Positions 24,720-37,206 of a DNA stretch of 64,000 nucleotides are shown piece by piece. Within the stretch, counting starts at the first letter, position 1; every line of letters begins with the position of its first letter. The translations under genes and the position numbers were made by a program. Source of the stretch: Adineta vaga (taxonomy: Eukaryota > Animalia > Rotifera); assembly GCA_021613535.1 (NCBI GenBank), contig CP075493.1, positions 14,136,001-14,200,000 of the forward strand, read 5' to 3'. Under the pieces are notes generated by a model. That model was not told where the DNA came from, ran no database searches, and worked only from the letters and a program-made list of their open reading frames with translations.

Positions 24720-25856
24720 TTCTGCTAAATAAATCGATATCTTCTCGAAGACTTGATACTTTTATTTTGCAAAACACCATCCATGAACCGAATAGTATCT
24801 TTACAGCTTACGACTAAGATAGGAATGATATGGTAAGGATATTGAAGGTGGGATTTGAGAGAAGAGTTTTATGGAACGATAATCTTCAAGGAATTTTCAA
24901 ATCCTTTAAAAATGCTTCGTAAATTCTCAAACATTGGCCAATGTGTTATAAAATGCACTCATTTCTCTTCGAGACATCTCTGACAAAGGAATTTTTTCTT
25001 ATTTTTATTTGTAGCATCGACTTCGCCGATTACGAATATTAGAATATAATGCAGAACATGAGAATGATAATTTATAAGATACGAAAAATATACGTGAATT
25101 TGGCACGTGTAGTTTGCTTTCGATCGTCGTTCTCTTACTAAAATTATATTTGACAATATGTGTCAGGAGGAATCTAGAAGAATATGAAAATATGTATATC
25201 GTTATTATTTTTTCTCTTTTCTCTTTTCTGTCTCTATGCGTTCTAGTATCAATAAAATGTGTGCTTTTCAATCGTAAAAGTGCAGAATAATGTGTTTTTT
25301 CCTTTTCTTGTCTGATAGAGTATAATAAAGTTTCTTCTTGCTATTGCTCTTTCTATCAAGTGTTTTCCATCCTCAGTCAACTCATTCTGTACAAAGATTG
25401 GGCTATGACAATGATAGCCTTCGTATGTGTAACAGATGCATCTATTTCACTGCCAATATAGCTCCTATAAAGTTGCCTTCTGTTTATTTTAGATGGATAG
25501 ATGTCCTTCACAACTACCAGGAGACAGTACTAGTGAGTCAGAAGACATATCAAGGATTGCGACATTGAATATAACGGCACTCCGAATAGTACGCATCTTA
25601 ATTTCTCAAGGTTGTTTTTCTAAAAGGCAATTCTTTTTGTTTCTAGAATGATACTAACAATGAAGAGCAACAGCAAAAATATGATTCTCATCGAACAGAA
25701 ACCATGCTTCAGCTAGTACGAAAACTATTTTTGTTATTGATGAAATTGAATCTGGATAGGAGTTTAGACGTTCAATGTCATGTAGTAATCATAACATCGG
25801 CAGGAGGAATAGTGATTTCTCGAAGTTTTGAGACAGTGGAGTGACTATTATTAGCT

Positions 25857-26818
25857 ATGAATCGAATTGTATTTGATTCTAACAGACTTTATCGGCTAAA
25901 TTTGTTTCTTTATTTTTATCGTAGACTACAACACTCTATATCGATTCAGAACATGTGGCACGTCAGCTAGAGCAAACTGGAAACTATCGTATTCTTCGCT
26001 TGTTACCAACACCACACCCAAACCATCGATTACCTTTGGATGATGAAAAGATAGCTGTTGTTCTCGACGTGGAAACGACAGGTCTCAATTTAGAAACCGA
26101 CGAACTAATTCAACTTGCAATGGTTAAGTTTATTTACAACCAGAATGACAATATCCGAGATACTATTGACACATTTAGTGAGTTCAATGAGCCGCAAACA
26201 TCAGTTCCTGAGTTCATTACTAAACTTACAGGAATTACAAATGAAATGTTGAAAGGAAAAAGGATTAACAGTGATGATGTCAATAAATTTATCGTCGATG
26301 CTGATCTAATCATTGCTCATAATGCTACCTTTGATCGATCATTTTGTGAGAAATTATCAAATGCATTTTCTGAGAAAAGATGGGCATGCAGTATGAGCGA
26401 CGTAAAATGGTCTGACTATGGATACGAAAATAAGAAGTTGAAATATCTTCTGCTTGATCAAGGATGGTTCTATCAAAGTCATCGTGCCTTGGACGATGCT
26501 TATGCAGTACTTAGAATTCTGTCGAATCCTCTTCCTAATGACCAAGGAATTCCTTTTAGAAATCTACTTAATTCTGCCAACAGAACCACTGTTTTAATCA
26601 AAGCGATCAAGTTTCCTTTCGTACACAAAGATATCTTAAAGAATCGGGGCTACAAGTGGCACGAGAACAAACAGAGTGATAGGAAATTCTGGTGGAAACA
26701 AGTCCCAGAAGAAGAAAAGGATGAAGAACTTGATTTTCTCAAGCAGAAAACATTCGACTACAAAGATGAGCCTATCATAGAAACAGTTACGGCGTTGAAA
26801 CGTTACAAGTCGTGGTGA
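25857..26818 (+). CDS. Bacterial-type DEDDh 3'-5' exonuclease (DNA Pol III epsilon-like), probable 56-nt intron at 25869-25924
   Basis: ExoI VLDVETTGL, ExoII IAHNATFDRSF and ExoIII HRALDDA. LEQTGNYRILRLL and FPFVHKDILKNRGYKW resemble proteobacterial members. The ORF-track GTG start is better replaced by ATG 25857 plus a phase-0 intron. Confidence 0.88.
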
Positions 26819-26915
26819 AATCATTCGTAGTATAATAGAATAAACTATAAACAAATTTGTAAAAAAAACAGTATTTTATTTTAACAAAGAATCTGTTCAA
26901 GATATGAACATCATC

Positions 26916-26980
26916 TTGAGGGTGTGGATGTCAAAATGAGAGTGCGGGTCAGAACGACATCCACTCACCCACACACACTC
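26916..26980. repeat. Short imperfect inverted-repeat element with telomere-like arms
   Basis: ttgagggtgtggatgtc...gacatccactcacccacacacactc. gtggatgtc/gacatccac is a perfect 9-bp inverted pair. Confidence 0.6.
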
Positions 26981-28017
26981 TGCTGTTGTGAATAGAATGT
27001 AATTCATGCGCGCTTTTGCACAGTTCACCATGAATCATTGATGGCGCGTTACGAAATATATTCCTAGCATTGACAGGTAGTGAGGTATATTAACATATCG
27101 CTATATAGTATAGATGAAACTATTTAATAATCTCCTTCCTAACCGATTCTAGTTTTGCAGCCGTATATGTTCAGTCGTTGGTCTCAATGCGAGTTAATTT
27201 AGTTGACCAACTGCCGAACAACATCGGATAAGGTCGACGTTTACGTTTGATCGTTGTTTTACAGATATTAAATTATTTGAAACTATACGATGAGACGAAA
27301 CAACTCAACAGTGGCGGATGGTTGTATTTTACAATATGATTGATATTACCGCACCTAATGCATCTACAAGTCCACAAAACCAAAGTTTTGGTCAATAACC
27401 CCGCCTTCCACCAAAGATGAAGTTTGATTTACTCTCTCTCTCTCTCTCTTAGTTATTGTCTTCCTTCGAATGCGGTAGAAAAATTTAGTGTGAACAATCA
27501 TTCAATTCGAGAAAAAAGATGTATGTTATTTCTGTCTAGCACGACTTGGTAGAAAAAACAAGTTCAATAAATCTGTAATAAGTGTACAAGAACGGCAAGT
27601 CTTTCTCACTCGCCCAGAGTATCACAATAGTTACTTATCAACAATGTGATGATAAGAACTCAAGAACCATATTTTGTGGAAAGATATTACCACTTTTACA
27701 CATTTTAAAACTATAATGGCAAAAAAGAAAGAAATAAGAAAGAATTCCGCAAACGACTTTTTAGAAAATGTACATTATGATTTCGTGAAGATCGAATCAG
27801 ATACATCAGTCCTTACAAAGAAAATCTTTGCAGTTTGAATAAAAAATATACCGAATTTTTGTAGGATTCCTTGATTGGGTTCAAGCGAACTTCACGACAC
27901 AAATGATATTCGAAAATAAAGACATAAACAACAAGTTAACTTATCATAAAAAAGCAATGATAAATAATCAAGAATAAAAAAAGTGCTCCAAGTAGTTTGA
28001 TGGATTGTTGTTTTGTT

Positions 28018-31000
28018 TTATTTCCAAACGACTTGGTATTCATAGGAACCAGAACCAATGTGAACAGTCATCAAGCCAGTTTGAAGATCTTCGATGATTT
28101 GATTTCGTTTGTCAGCAACGGGCCAAATCATTTCACCACCTTCGGTGATATTTACACATTTGGCGCCAGGAAACAAAGGTTCAAAAACTAATTTCGCTTG
28201 AGCGTTGGTTGGAATGGTAACTCGAAGTAAAATGGAGTTGGCAAATGTATCATGTTCATCACGAGTATAAGAAAGATGGATTAAGCCATACAATGTGCTT
28301 AATTGACAATCAATTTTACTTAGAAGATGTTTCTTTTCCTCAGAAACTAATCGTGGACGAATGACAATCAAGTCCGATTGAAGATCGATACCGGCTAAAT
28401 GCGAATAGAACCAAGCACCAACACTTGCAAACATATGATGATTACGAGAGTTCATATTTGCACCTTCGAATGGTGCATCCCATAATTCCCACAGAGTTGT
28501 GGCATTTTCATACGGATTGCTAAACATGAAACCGTACGATGGATAAGTGATTGATGAAATCATTTCAACAGCCAGATCATGGTAACCATTATCTGATAGT
28601 AATGGATACAGTTGAGCTGTGGAAACAATCCCTGTCGTGACATGATTTCCTTTGACTCGAATATCTTCAACTAAATGTTGTACAACACTATTGCGAACAT
28701 TCGCTGGAACTACATTGGGTAAAGCCAATGCGAGAATCTGTGCTGCTTGCATTCCGTCAGCATAGTAACCAGCTGAAGTCTTGAAAAAGACTTGATGGAA
28801 TTCTTCTGCTAATTTTTGATAGAAAGCCGTGTACGCTCGAGTATCATTGCTGTAACCAAGGATTTGAGACATATTGATCAATAATGAAACATCATGAAGA
28901 AATGCGAATGAAGCAACGAGATGACCATTGGTTTTCGGTTGTGGTGGCGGTGGAACCCAATCACCGTAATGATAAATCAGTTCAGCTAAACCTGTTAATC
29001 GATAACCGAGGTGGATCGATTCAACATAAGCACGAGTTGATGCGTAATGATCTCGAAGAATTTGAGTATCATTGTAATGTCGATACAATTGCCAAGTAAT
29101 AGTTGGTAAAGCTGTACCCCAACTAGGATCAGCTGGATAAATACCGAATGACAGTGGGACAGTATCGGGAACGAAACCACCTTTTAATTGGATGTCCATG
29201 ATCAAAGTCAGAAAGTTCAAGTAGAATTTAATGAAATCAAAGTTGTACAGAGCTACATTGACTGACAGAGCGGCATCACCCATCCATCCTTTTCGTTCAT
29301 CACGTTGTGGACTAATTAAGAAGAAAGTAAAATATTTCTCATGTCATCAAAGGATACTTGATTTTACCAGTCGGTAGGTAAAGACATCGAGTTACTTAAT
29401 AGACCCCATAGGATGTTATGTTGAATTTGATTGATCACTTGATTACTGGATGAGAAATGTCCTTTGAGAGTTGTTTCGCTATGAACGACAAGACATTCAA
29501 CATCGTTGAGCAATAACGGAATGGGTAGCCCCTGGATCAATAGGTAGCGGAAACCATGATCGTAAATCTAATGTCAGAAAACTGTTAACACAGATCGAAA
29601 GAAGAGAAGAATATTGAATGTTACCGTGGTTCATAAATTTCACCATTGGGATCACCACGAAGAACGTAAGTGTCAGTTTGTGTTGCTCCACGAAGATTAT
29701 GAGTATAGGGTAGGTTCTCAGATTTCCTGAAAAAAAAGATAAAAACAGATAGAGAAAGAATATCAAACACGTGTTCACTGACCCTGTAGAAACTACCGCT
29801 TGTTCCAAGACTTCGGCATGGCGAATATAAATACCTACGCCACGTGGACCATGCAATTTGAATCGACACCAACCAGCCATATTTTGTCCCATATCAAATA
29901 TCTGAACAGTAGGAAAAGGCAATGACATACTAATCGGTTTTAAGATTCCTCCATCTTTCAACGAAGCACCAAGAATCGTTCCACTTTCTTCCTTCGATAA
30001 ATAGCTTTTCTTCTCATCAACATCATATTCAACTTCGAAATGCAGAGCATCTGGTCCTGCTCGAACTGGTGGCATGTCTTGAAGAGTTAGTTGTCCACCA
30101 CTAGTGATATTCACCGGCGATGGAAGGATTTCTGGTGTAATCCAAAGAGACAATGAATCATTGAATCCAACTTGTGCCCATTCAGGACGATCATAACGAG
30201 CATCAACAAATTCACCATTGTAAACACTATCATGAATAATCGATCCTTGTCGGCCTCTCCATGTCTGATCACTGGAAACATTCATTTGCTCAGAGTTTTC
30301 GAAGATAATATGTAAGACAAACATAAGACGTGGTGGACCTACAAGGGACATACGAAAACTTATCAGTTCAGGTTTTTGTTTTTATTCTTACCATATTTAA
30401 ATTCAGGTATTGCTGGTAGCAAATATTGTTCTTGACTATACCAACCATTGCCTAATTTCACACCAACAGCATTCATACCGACTTTGATCTTAAAGCTTAC
30501 ATCGTAGGAAGCGAAAAATGTTCGTTTCTGATAGGTAGTCCATCCAGGATCCAATTTTCGACTAGAATCAATTCTATCACCATTCAAATACATTTCATAA
30601 TAACCAATACCCGAAATGGAAACAGTAGCCGATCGAATTGGACTTGTATTTGAAACATTGAATTCTTTTCGTAATTCGTTCATGTAGATTTGAGTTGAAC
30701 CAATCCAATTAACTTCATCCTTATGATCTATTAAGTATTGATGAAAATTGTAGAGCGATGTTCGAAATGGAATCCACGATGTCCATGGTGTTGCTTCTTT
30801 CGATGCGGTGGTCCAAATGCAAAAACGAATTTGATAATGAGTCAATTCTTCCAGATCCTTTTCGTATGGATAAGGAACATGAACCGATTGGCTCGACATG
30901 AGACGACCGCTGTCCCAAAGAATTGTCGTCATTGATCGTATTTGGATCTGATAAGCCGTTTGTTGAACATTTCGTTGGTTGGTTAAGGGCAATTTCCATG

Positions 31001-31145
31001 AAAAATGTGGTCGTCCTGTGTTAATGACTAAATCTTTCGTTGTTTCAGCTTTGTAGTAATCAATTCGAACATCATGAGGTGCAGACAATCGATCGCCGGT
31101 GACGAAAACAGCACCGAGTAATACTATGCAATACAATGACCACAT
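28018..31145 (-). CDS. Secreted alpha-L-rhamnosidase (GH78), bacterial-type, multi-exon
   Basis: Signal peptide MWSLYCIVLLGAVFVTG; RPHFSW, QTAYQI, LWDSG, GYYEMYLNG, LDPGWTTY, LGNGWY, FDMGQNMAGW, spliced PTDCPQRDERKGWMGDA, YGDWVPP and ATTLWELW..NSRNHHMF. Confidence 0.92.
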
Positions 31146-31896
31146 CCAGAATAGAATGAGAATTCGAATCTTTTTTCTGTTTCTACGTAACAAATTAAAG
31201 TCTTATATCGTTTTTTTCCGCTTATCTTATCAGAGAACTACTCATCATTGAAACAAGATATCGTACCTTTAGTTTTATTGAGAATACGATCTCTGTCGAG
31301 GAGAACGAGAGGAACCAAGGTGTGTGAGTCAAGCAAACTACGATGCATTTTGTCTTTGCTTAAGGAATTCTTCAGGTAATTTAAACTTTGTAGTGTAAAG
31401 CGCTAGTGTAATCATTCAAAGAGTATAGAGAAGAAGAATTTATTAGTATAATTTCCTTCGATTCTTAGGAGTTATAGATGATGCTGGCTGATGTACTTCC
31501 AAAAAATTGGCAATGAGTAGTAGGAAGATATAGGCTAGATTTCTTCAGACATATGCATACAATGTTTAAAAGTTGTGTACATCTAAAATCAGAGAGCAGT
31601 GATTAGAGAAATGCTTGGTTAACCCTTTGTTATTGTCGCCGTTTATAAATCGTATAAACTTTTTCGATAACTAAAACTAAAGTGATCAACAAAATATTTA
31701 ACATTTCTTTAGTCAATAATTCATTTTTTTCAAAGATTCAACAAAAAGTCATGTTTTTTTTACACGTGTAGTGATGAGTTTCGTGAGTATTACTTATTAC
31801 CCGAATTTCTTTATTTTATATTAGTATATGAATAAAAACAGGATGCGTATTCTACTCATCAAACAACATTTCTTAGAAAAAAACACCTTATTGCTT

Positions 31897-31930
31897 CACA
31901 CACCCTCAAAGTTATAAGCAAGGTGTGGGG
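31897..31930. repeat. Copy of the CACACCCTCAA repeat just downstream of the amidase stop
   Basis: cacacaccctcaaagttataagcaaggtgtgggg; short inverted arms. Confidence 0.5.
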
Positions 31931-31936
31931 AAAAAA

Positions 31937-34205
31937 TCAGTTATCAGCATAAAGAGGTCGACGTTGTTGCCGAACGTGTGATGCTTGTTCGAACCCATGT
32001 GCGACACGTAATAGCGTCGGTTCAGACCAAGATGTGCCAGCAATAATTAGACCATAGGGTTGTCCATCTTGTTGTCTGTAACTCAATGACACACTGATCA
32101 GAGGATAACCAACTGCTGATGCCATCATAATGAATATATCGTTAAAATCCGCCATGATGAGTGCATCCAGATGATGCTGTCTCAAACTAAAAAAAAAGAA
32201 AATAAGCACATGACAAATTGAATAATGACTAGAAAAACATATTACGTTGCATCGATGCCCGATTCTCCGCCCCATTGTCGAGTTCTATTGAGCAAATTTT
32301 GCTGATCTAATAGCGATAACTTCGATTCATTAGCAATCTTTTCAAAATAACCTTGATTCGGAGCAAATTGAGGATGGAATTCTTCATCTGCATGATTCCT
32401 ATTGAACTCAATTAGATCTATCAGAGATCGAATAGATGTGTTCGTTAGTTGGCGGAGATAGTTGTCGATATCTTCTAGAAAAATGCTCCGAAAAAGGAAC
32501 AAGACATCGTTGCTCATTTCACTTTGATTAATTCCAGTAATATTCACCTGATCTATAATAATCGCATTATGTATGCGCATCAATTCAATTGTATGATTCA
32601 TCACACTATTCGCCTCATCGGACATGTTCGTACCTGAACGAATATCTTTTATTCCTTACATTCCATATAGATGAATGACGATTCGTACTCACCGAATCGT
32701 ACGACACCCAATCGAAGATCTTGTAATCCGTCAATTCCACGAAGAAATTGTGTGTAATTCTTCGAACGAACAAATCCATCTTTTTGTGTGAAGTTATCTA
32801 GTTCATCGATACCTTGTATGATTTCTAGAAAATATAAAGAGTACAAGACGAAATATTCTTATAGTTGATATCTTTTTTTTAGAATTTTCACCTAGCATAA
32901 GAGCAACATCTTCAACTGTTTGACACATTGGTCCTACCGAATCATGATAGCGTGAAATTGGAATCACACCTGAACGAGAGACGAGGCCAACTGTTGGTTT
33001 GAGACCAACAATACTTGCAACACTCGACGGCGCAACAATGCTACCAGCTGTTTCTTCACCGAGTGCGCCTGCACACAATCCTGCACTAACAGCAATCGCC
33101 GAGCCACTACTACTGCCTAATGGATCACCATTAGCAACGTAGGCCGATCTATAAAATAATACGCGCATCAGTTCTCGTATTTCTACCGAATAAATATTTT
33201 TCGATTGTAAATTTACCTCGCTAGTCCGCCTCTAGCTGACCATCCACTTCCCGATACTTCGTCTAATCGCATATCCGACCATTCAGTAAGTGATGCTTTA
33301 CCTAGAATCACAGCACCAGCTTGCCGTAATTGCTGAACAACATGAGCATCGCGTCCTAAGCGCGCTCCAATTAGAGCAAGACTACCGGCAGTCGTTTGCA
33401 TCTGATCGTCAGTGGTGATACTATCCTTAATCAAAATCGGAATTCCGTGAATTGGGGATCTGCGACCAGTGATTTGTCGCTCTCGATCGAGACTTTCAGC
33501 GATCGTCAGTGCATCCGGATTGGTTTCAATAACAGCATGCAGTGGAAACGAACCTTGTCGATTAACAGCATCAATGCGAGCCAAATACCAACGAACAAGG
33601 TCTGTCGATGAATAACGACAGTTAGATAAATCTCGGGCAATAGAAGATATATTTGTCATGAGAAGGTCTATAGGAGGATGATCAGAATAGACCGAACATG
33701 GAATAGGAGCACGAATACTGACTGATAATGTGGTCAAATTAATAAGAACTAAAGGAAAACCATTCGAATCAGACATCATTTGATGGTACAGGTGCGAAGA
33801 CGCTTACCCATCAGATGCGTACGTCTAACAAAAACAAATCCACATATCGAAACGATAGCTATCAATAAAATTACGATTATGATCTGGTATCGACGTCGGT
33901 AATACCAACCAGCCATTACATTCTCTTCACTGTGAAATATTACTGAATCATCAATTCTACGATAAGATATCGTCGAGTCTTGTTGTTGAGGCCCAAGTAC
34001 GTAAATGATCGCTTACTGTTAATACATTATCATGTAAACGTTGTCGACTGAATGGCATCACATTGTTCTGGATGCTCGATTGTACGGTAACTGGTGGTTC
34101 ACAAATACGATCATCTGCCATTCTTGTAGAACTATCCGAGAGTAGAGATGGGATTGGATATAGTAAATCATCATTCAGATCATCGATTAGTGCTACGTCT
34201 TCCAT
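31937..34205 (-). CDS. Amidase-signature family enzyme with an N-terminal TM anchor, multi-exon (5' exon structure uncertain)
   Basis: HGIPILIKDSI (catalytic Lys), TTAGSLAL, GAVILGKASLTEWS, GSSSGSA, GEETAGSI and GLKPTVGLVSRSGVIPIS..DSVGPM. The TM exon YQIIIVILLIAIVSICGFVFV is joined by a phase-1 intron. Confidence 0.88.
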
Positions 34206-34856
34206 CGAGATTCGCGTTGATCTATATCATTTGTAACAAAATTTTAAAAAAACGAAAAAAGAACAAATCAATAGATAGACGAGAAATCGTTCAGCAGTTA
34301 TCAATGGAAATTTTTAACTTGATATATCACTTGATAATAATAAATCCTTGAATAGTTCTAGTACCTTTGCAGTATACTGGAATTAGAGTAAAGACTTCAC
34401 TAAAGTTTCTGTGAAATATGTATAGAATTATTTTCAGCTATCATATCAGATGTTTTTGTTACTCAACCTATCAAAATATAAAATCTTTTGTCGAACTCAA
34501 GATTAGAAAACGAGTGTCTAAATAAACTAAATTTATTGTTATTCTAAGCATAACGTAAAATAGCATGTACATATGTACGATACAGGTGATACAGGTGTAC
34601 AGACAAAATACATCATTGGTTGATTCATTTTAGCAAATGACTTTTCGAATGTTCAAGATGTCGTAAATATCGAATAGATAGCGCTCTTTGCAAACTAGGT
34701 TTAAATGATAAAAACGTTCATTTATTTTTCTCGAAGAAAAAGAATAAAAATCGAGAACATGAAGCGTTGACATCTTTCATTGGGATAGATGTGATCTCAT
34801 ACAATTTTTGTAATATTATAGAAGAAAGTCTATGCAGTTCGTATTACAGTCTGTTG

Positions 34857-35954
34857 TCATCGTCCATTAGTTATTGTGATTTTTTCCACGGGAGTCATAT
34901 GTCTAAGATGTCGCAGAACGAATGTCTTTATTGTAAGCCATTTTCCAGGTAAATGTGCTGCACATATGAAAGGTAAAAGAAATGGAATTAAAAAACTGAA
35001 GAAAAATATGTAATGCTGAAGTTCAGAACACCAATCAGGATAACCCAGCAATTGTACAAATAAAATAATCATAAAGGGTAAATTAACTGTAAGATAAAGT
35101 GCAGCAATTGAGAATAATTCAAAAGCCATTTTTTGATATATTTTCCAATCTTGACGACGATGTAGACTTCGTCTTTGCCATATAACACGTACAAATAAAG
35201 CAATATTAAGTAAAACAATTAGAAAAGTTGGTATGATGCCATGAACAATTGTATCCCACATTGCTAAATATGTAATGGTAAGATAACATGGATCACCTCC
35301 ACATACAGTTAATGTGAAATCATATTCATTTTCACATGGTGGAAAGAAAATGACATATATGTAAAAAATGGCTAAATATAGTAAAATAAATATCAAAGGA
35401 AGATAATGAAGAAATAGTCGTTTTCGTTTTGTAGAAAGTAAATGTGAATGAAAGATGAGAATATGTCGCTCAAAGGATATCCATGCTATAATAACAGTAC
35501 ATGAACTAAAACAACCGAAGTCAATAAAAAGCCAAACTAAACATAAAGCAGGTGTTGCTAACCAGATTTTTCCTTCGTGATGAAAACTATCTATAGACCA
35601 AGCACAATCGAGCAAAACCATAGTAAAAGCAACAAGGAGAACAGCAATGGTAGAATGGTTATGAAGTGCTTGACGTTGAGTTTTTTGCGCAAAAATACAG
35701 ATAAAAATAAATAAATAACCAATGATAGAAGGTATCTCAAAGCTTAAATAAAACCAAAATTGAAAAGAATAAGATAAATTTATAGAAGATAACGTATAAG
35801 AATCAATAGTCGTGTCTAAAGGCGAAGTGGTTAATGTTAAATTATCATCGGTGAGATTATCCATTTGTGAGAGTAATAATGAAGAATCAACTGATTGATA
35901 TAAAAGTTGGTTCATTTTCCGAATATGATTGTATAAACGCACAATAGTTTTCAT
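34857..35954 (-). CDS. Intronless rhodopsin-like 7TM GPCR
   Basis: Seven hydrophobic segments, Cys at the top of TM3, AWISFERHILIFH at the DRY-equivalent position, FPPCEN in ECL2. Paralog of 54900-55922. Confidence 0.8.
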   Translation of the reverse strand: MKTIVRLYNHIRKMNQLLYQSVDSSLLLSQMDNLTDDNLTLTTSPLDTTIDSYTLSSINLSYSFQFWFYLSFEIPSIIGYLFIFICIFAQKTQRQALHNHSTIAVLLVAFTMVLLDCAWSIDSFHHEGKIWLATPALCLVWLFIDFGCFSSCTVIIAWISFERHILIFHSHLLSTKRKRLFLHYLPLIFILLYLAIFYIYVIFFPPCENEYDFTLTVCGGDPCYLTITYLAMWDTIVHGIIPTFLIVLLNIALFVRVIWQRRSLHRRQDWKIYQKMAFELFSIAALYLTVNLPFMIILFVQLLGYPDWCSELQHYIFFFSFLIPFLLPFICAAHLPGKWLTIKTFVLRHLRHMTPVEKITITNGR

Positions 35955-37206
35955 TTCTAGTTTCTTTGAAATTGAAAGATTAGTTATGCTACGTGTATAT
36001 TATTTAAATTATAATGAAATCTCTGTCTTCGTTTCGGCAATAAAGCAAGAGATAGTGACTTCCCTTTTTTTTGACGAGTAGAAATAGTAAAATAAACTTA
36101 TACGCTATATACAATACTCGAAGAGATTTTCTAAAAAAAATCATGTCCTTTGGTGAAAATTCATGATATAATATAAGCATAATGCATCGATGTACTTTTG
36201 TCAAGGGTATTTATTAATTAGAAATATATATTTGAAAACTTCCTGTCAAAATCTATCTTGAAACGTATGATGTTCTTGCTTCTAATTTGCTATCAGAAGA
36301 AAACACCGAGATAATAATATAATCAAACGATTATCGACGTGTTTTTTCATTACTTATGACAGTTGAATTATTCAAACGGACACATAAATAAAATCGTACT
36401 TTAATTTCTGACACTCAATGTTATCAATAATTCTATCTTGAATTTAAATAAGACAGATGTGTTGTTTACTTTCTTCTATTAAGCAAGGAAAGCATATGTA
36501 CTCGTTCCTTAAGATCAAAATGCGTCGAAAAAACAGTTGTGAAACAAATACAATTCGCCCACATTTGTGTGTTTTTATGAATAATCCACATAATTTATTT
36601 CTTTAGAACAGATCGAAACTTGTCATCAAGTTCATAAGTTGCTTCATCAAAGTATGAGTGTCTACATTTGATATATCATATATAAAATACGGTATAATAG
36701 GATTACAGTATGTTGTGTAAGCACATTGCATTGATAAGATTCATATCGGTCCTCTTTCTTATTAAACTACGAGGAAGAAAAGGAAAAGAAAATTTCTCCA
36801 CTTATAAAGATTTAGTCATGACTCATGACTTGCATTGCGACATATACTTTTTTCTTTTATATAAAAGTCAAATTACTGTGTGCGTGATTTCATCGAAAAA
36901 CATTACATTATTATGATATAAACAATGAGTTCAACATCGAACCGAGACGATGAATTGAAAAGAATGCGAACACGTGAATTTTCTGTAATAAGCAGTATTA
37001 TAATACTTTGAATCTACGTAATTTCAATCCATTTGAGTAATACTGACATCATCCATTAAATTTAACTATTCTTTCCAGTTAAAAATTAGAAGAAAAATAT
37101 TTGTAAAAGCAGATCTGAGTTTTATTTCAGCCTATTCAACTACTGACACGTGACATGACTGATCATTTTCGAAAATTGAAATTTTATATTTTGTGTGTTA
37201 TTCTAG

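Noticed and set aside
27000-27420. Slightly GC-richer stretch containing cagtggcgga, reminiscent of a hAT terminal repeat
   Set aside because: No matching opposite terminus, target-site duplication or transposase remnant could be identified.
25857-31145. Bacterial contamination or chimeric assembly explaining the exonuclease and rhamnosidase
   Set aside because: The rhamnosidase has several clear GT-AG introns, base composition is similar to the flanks, and there is no operon structure. Read-level confirmation is still advisable.
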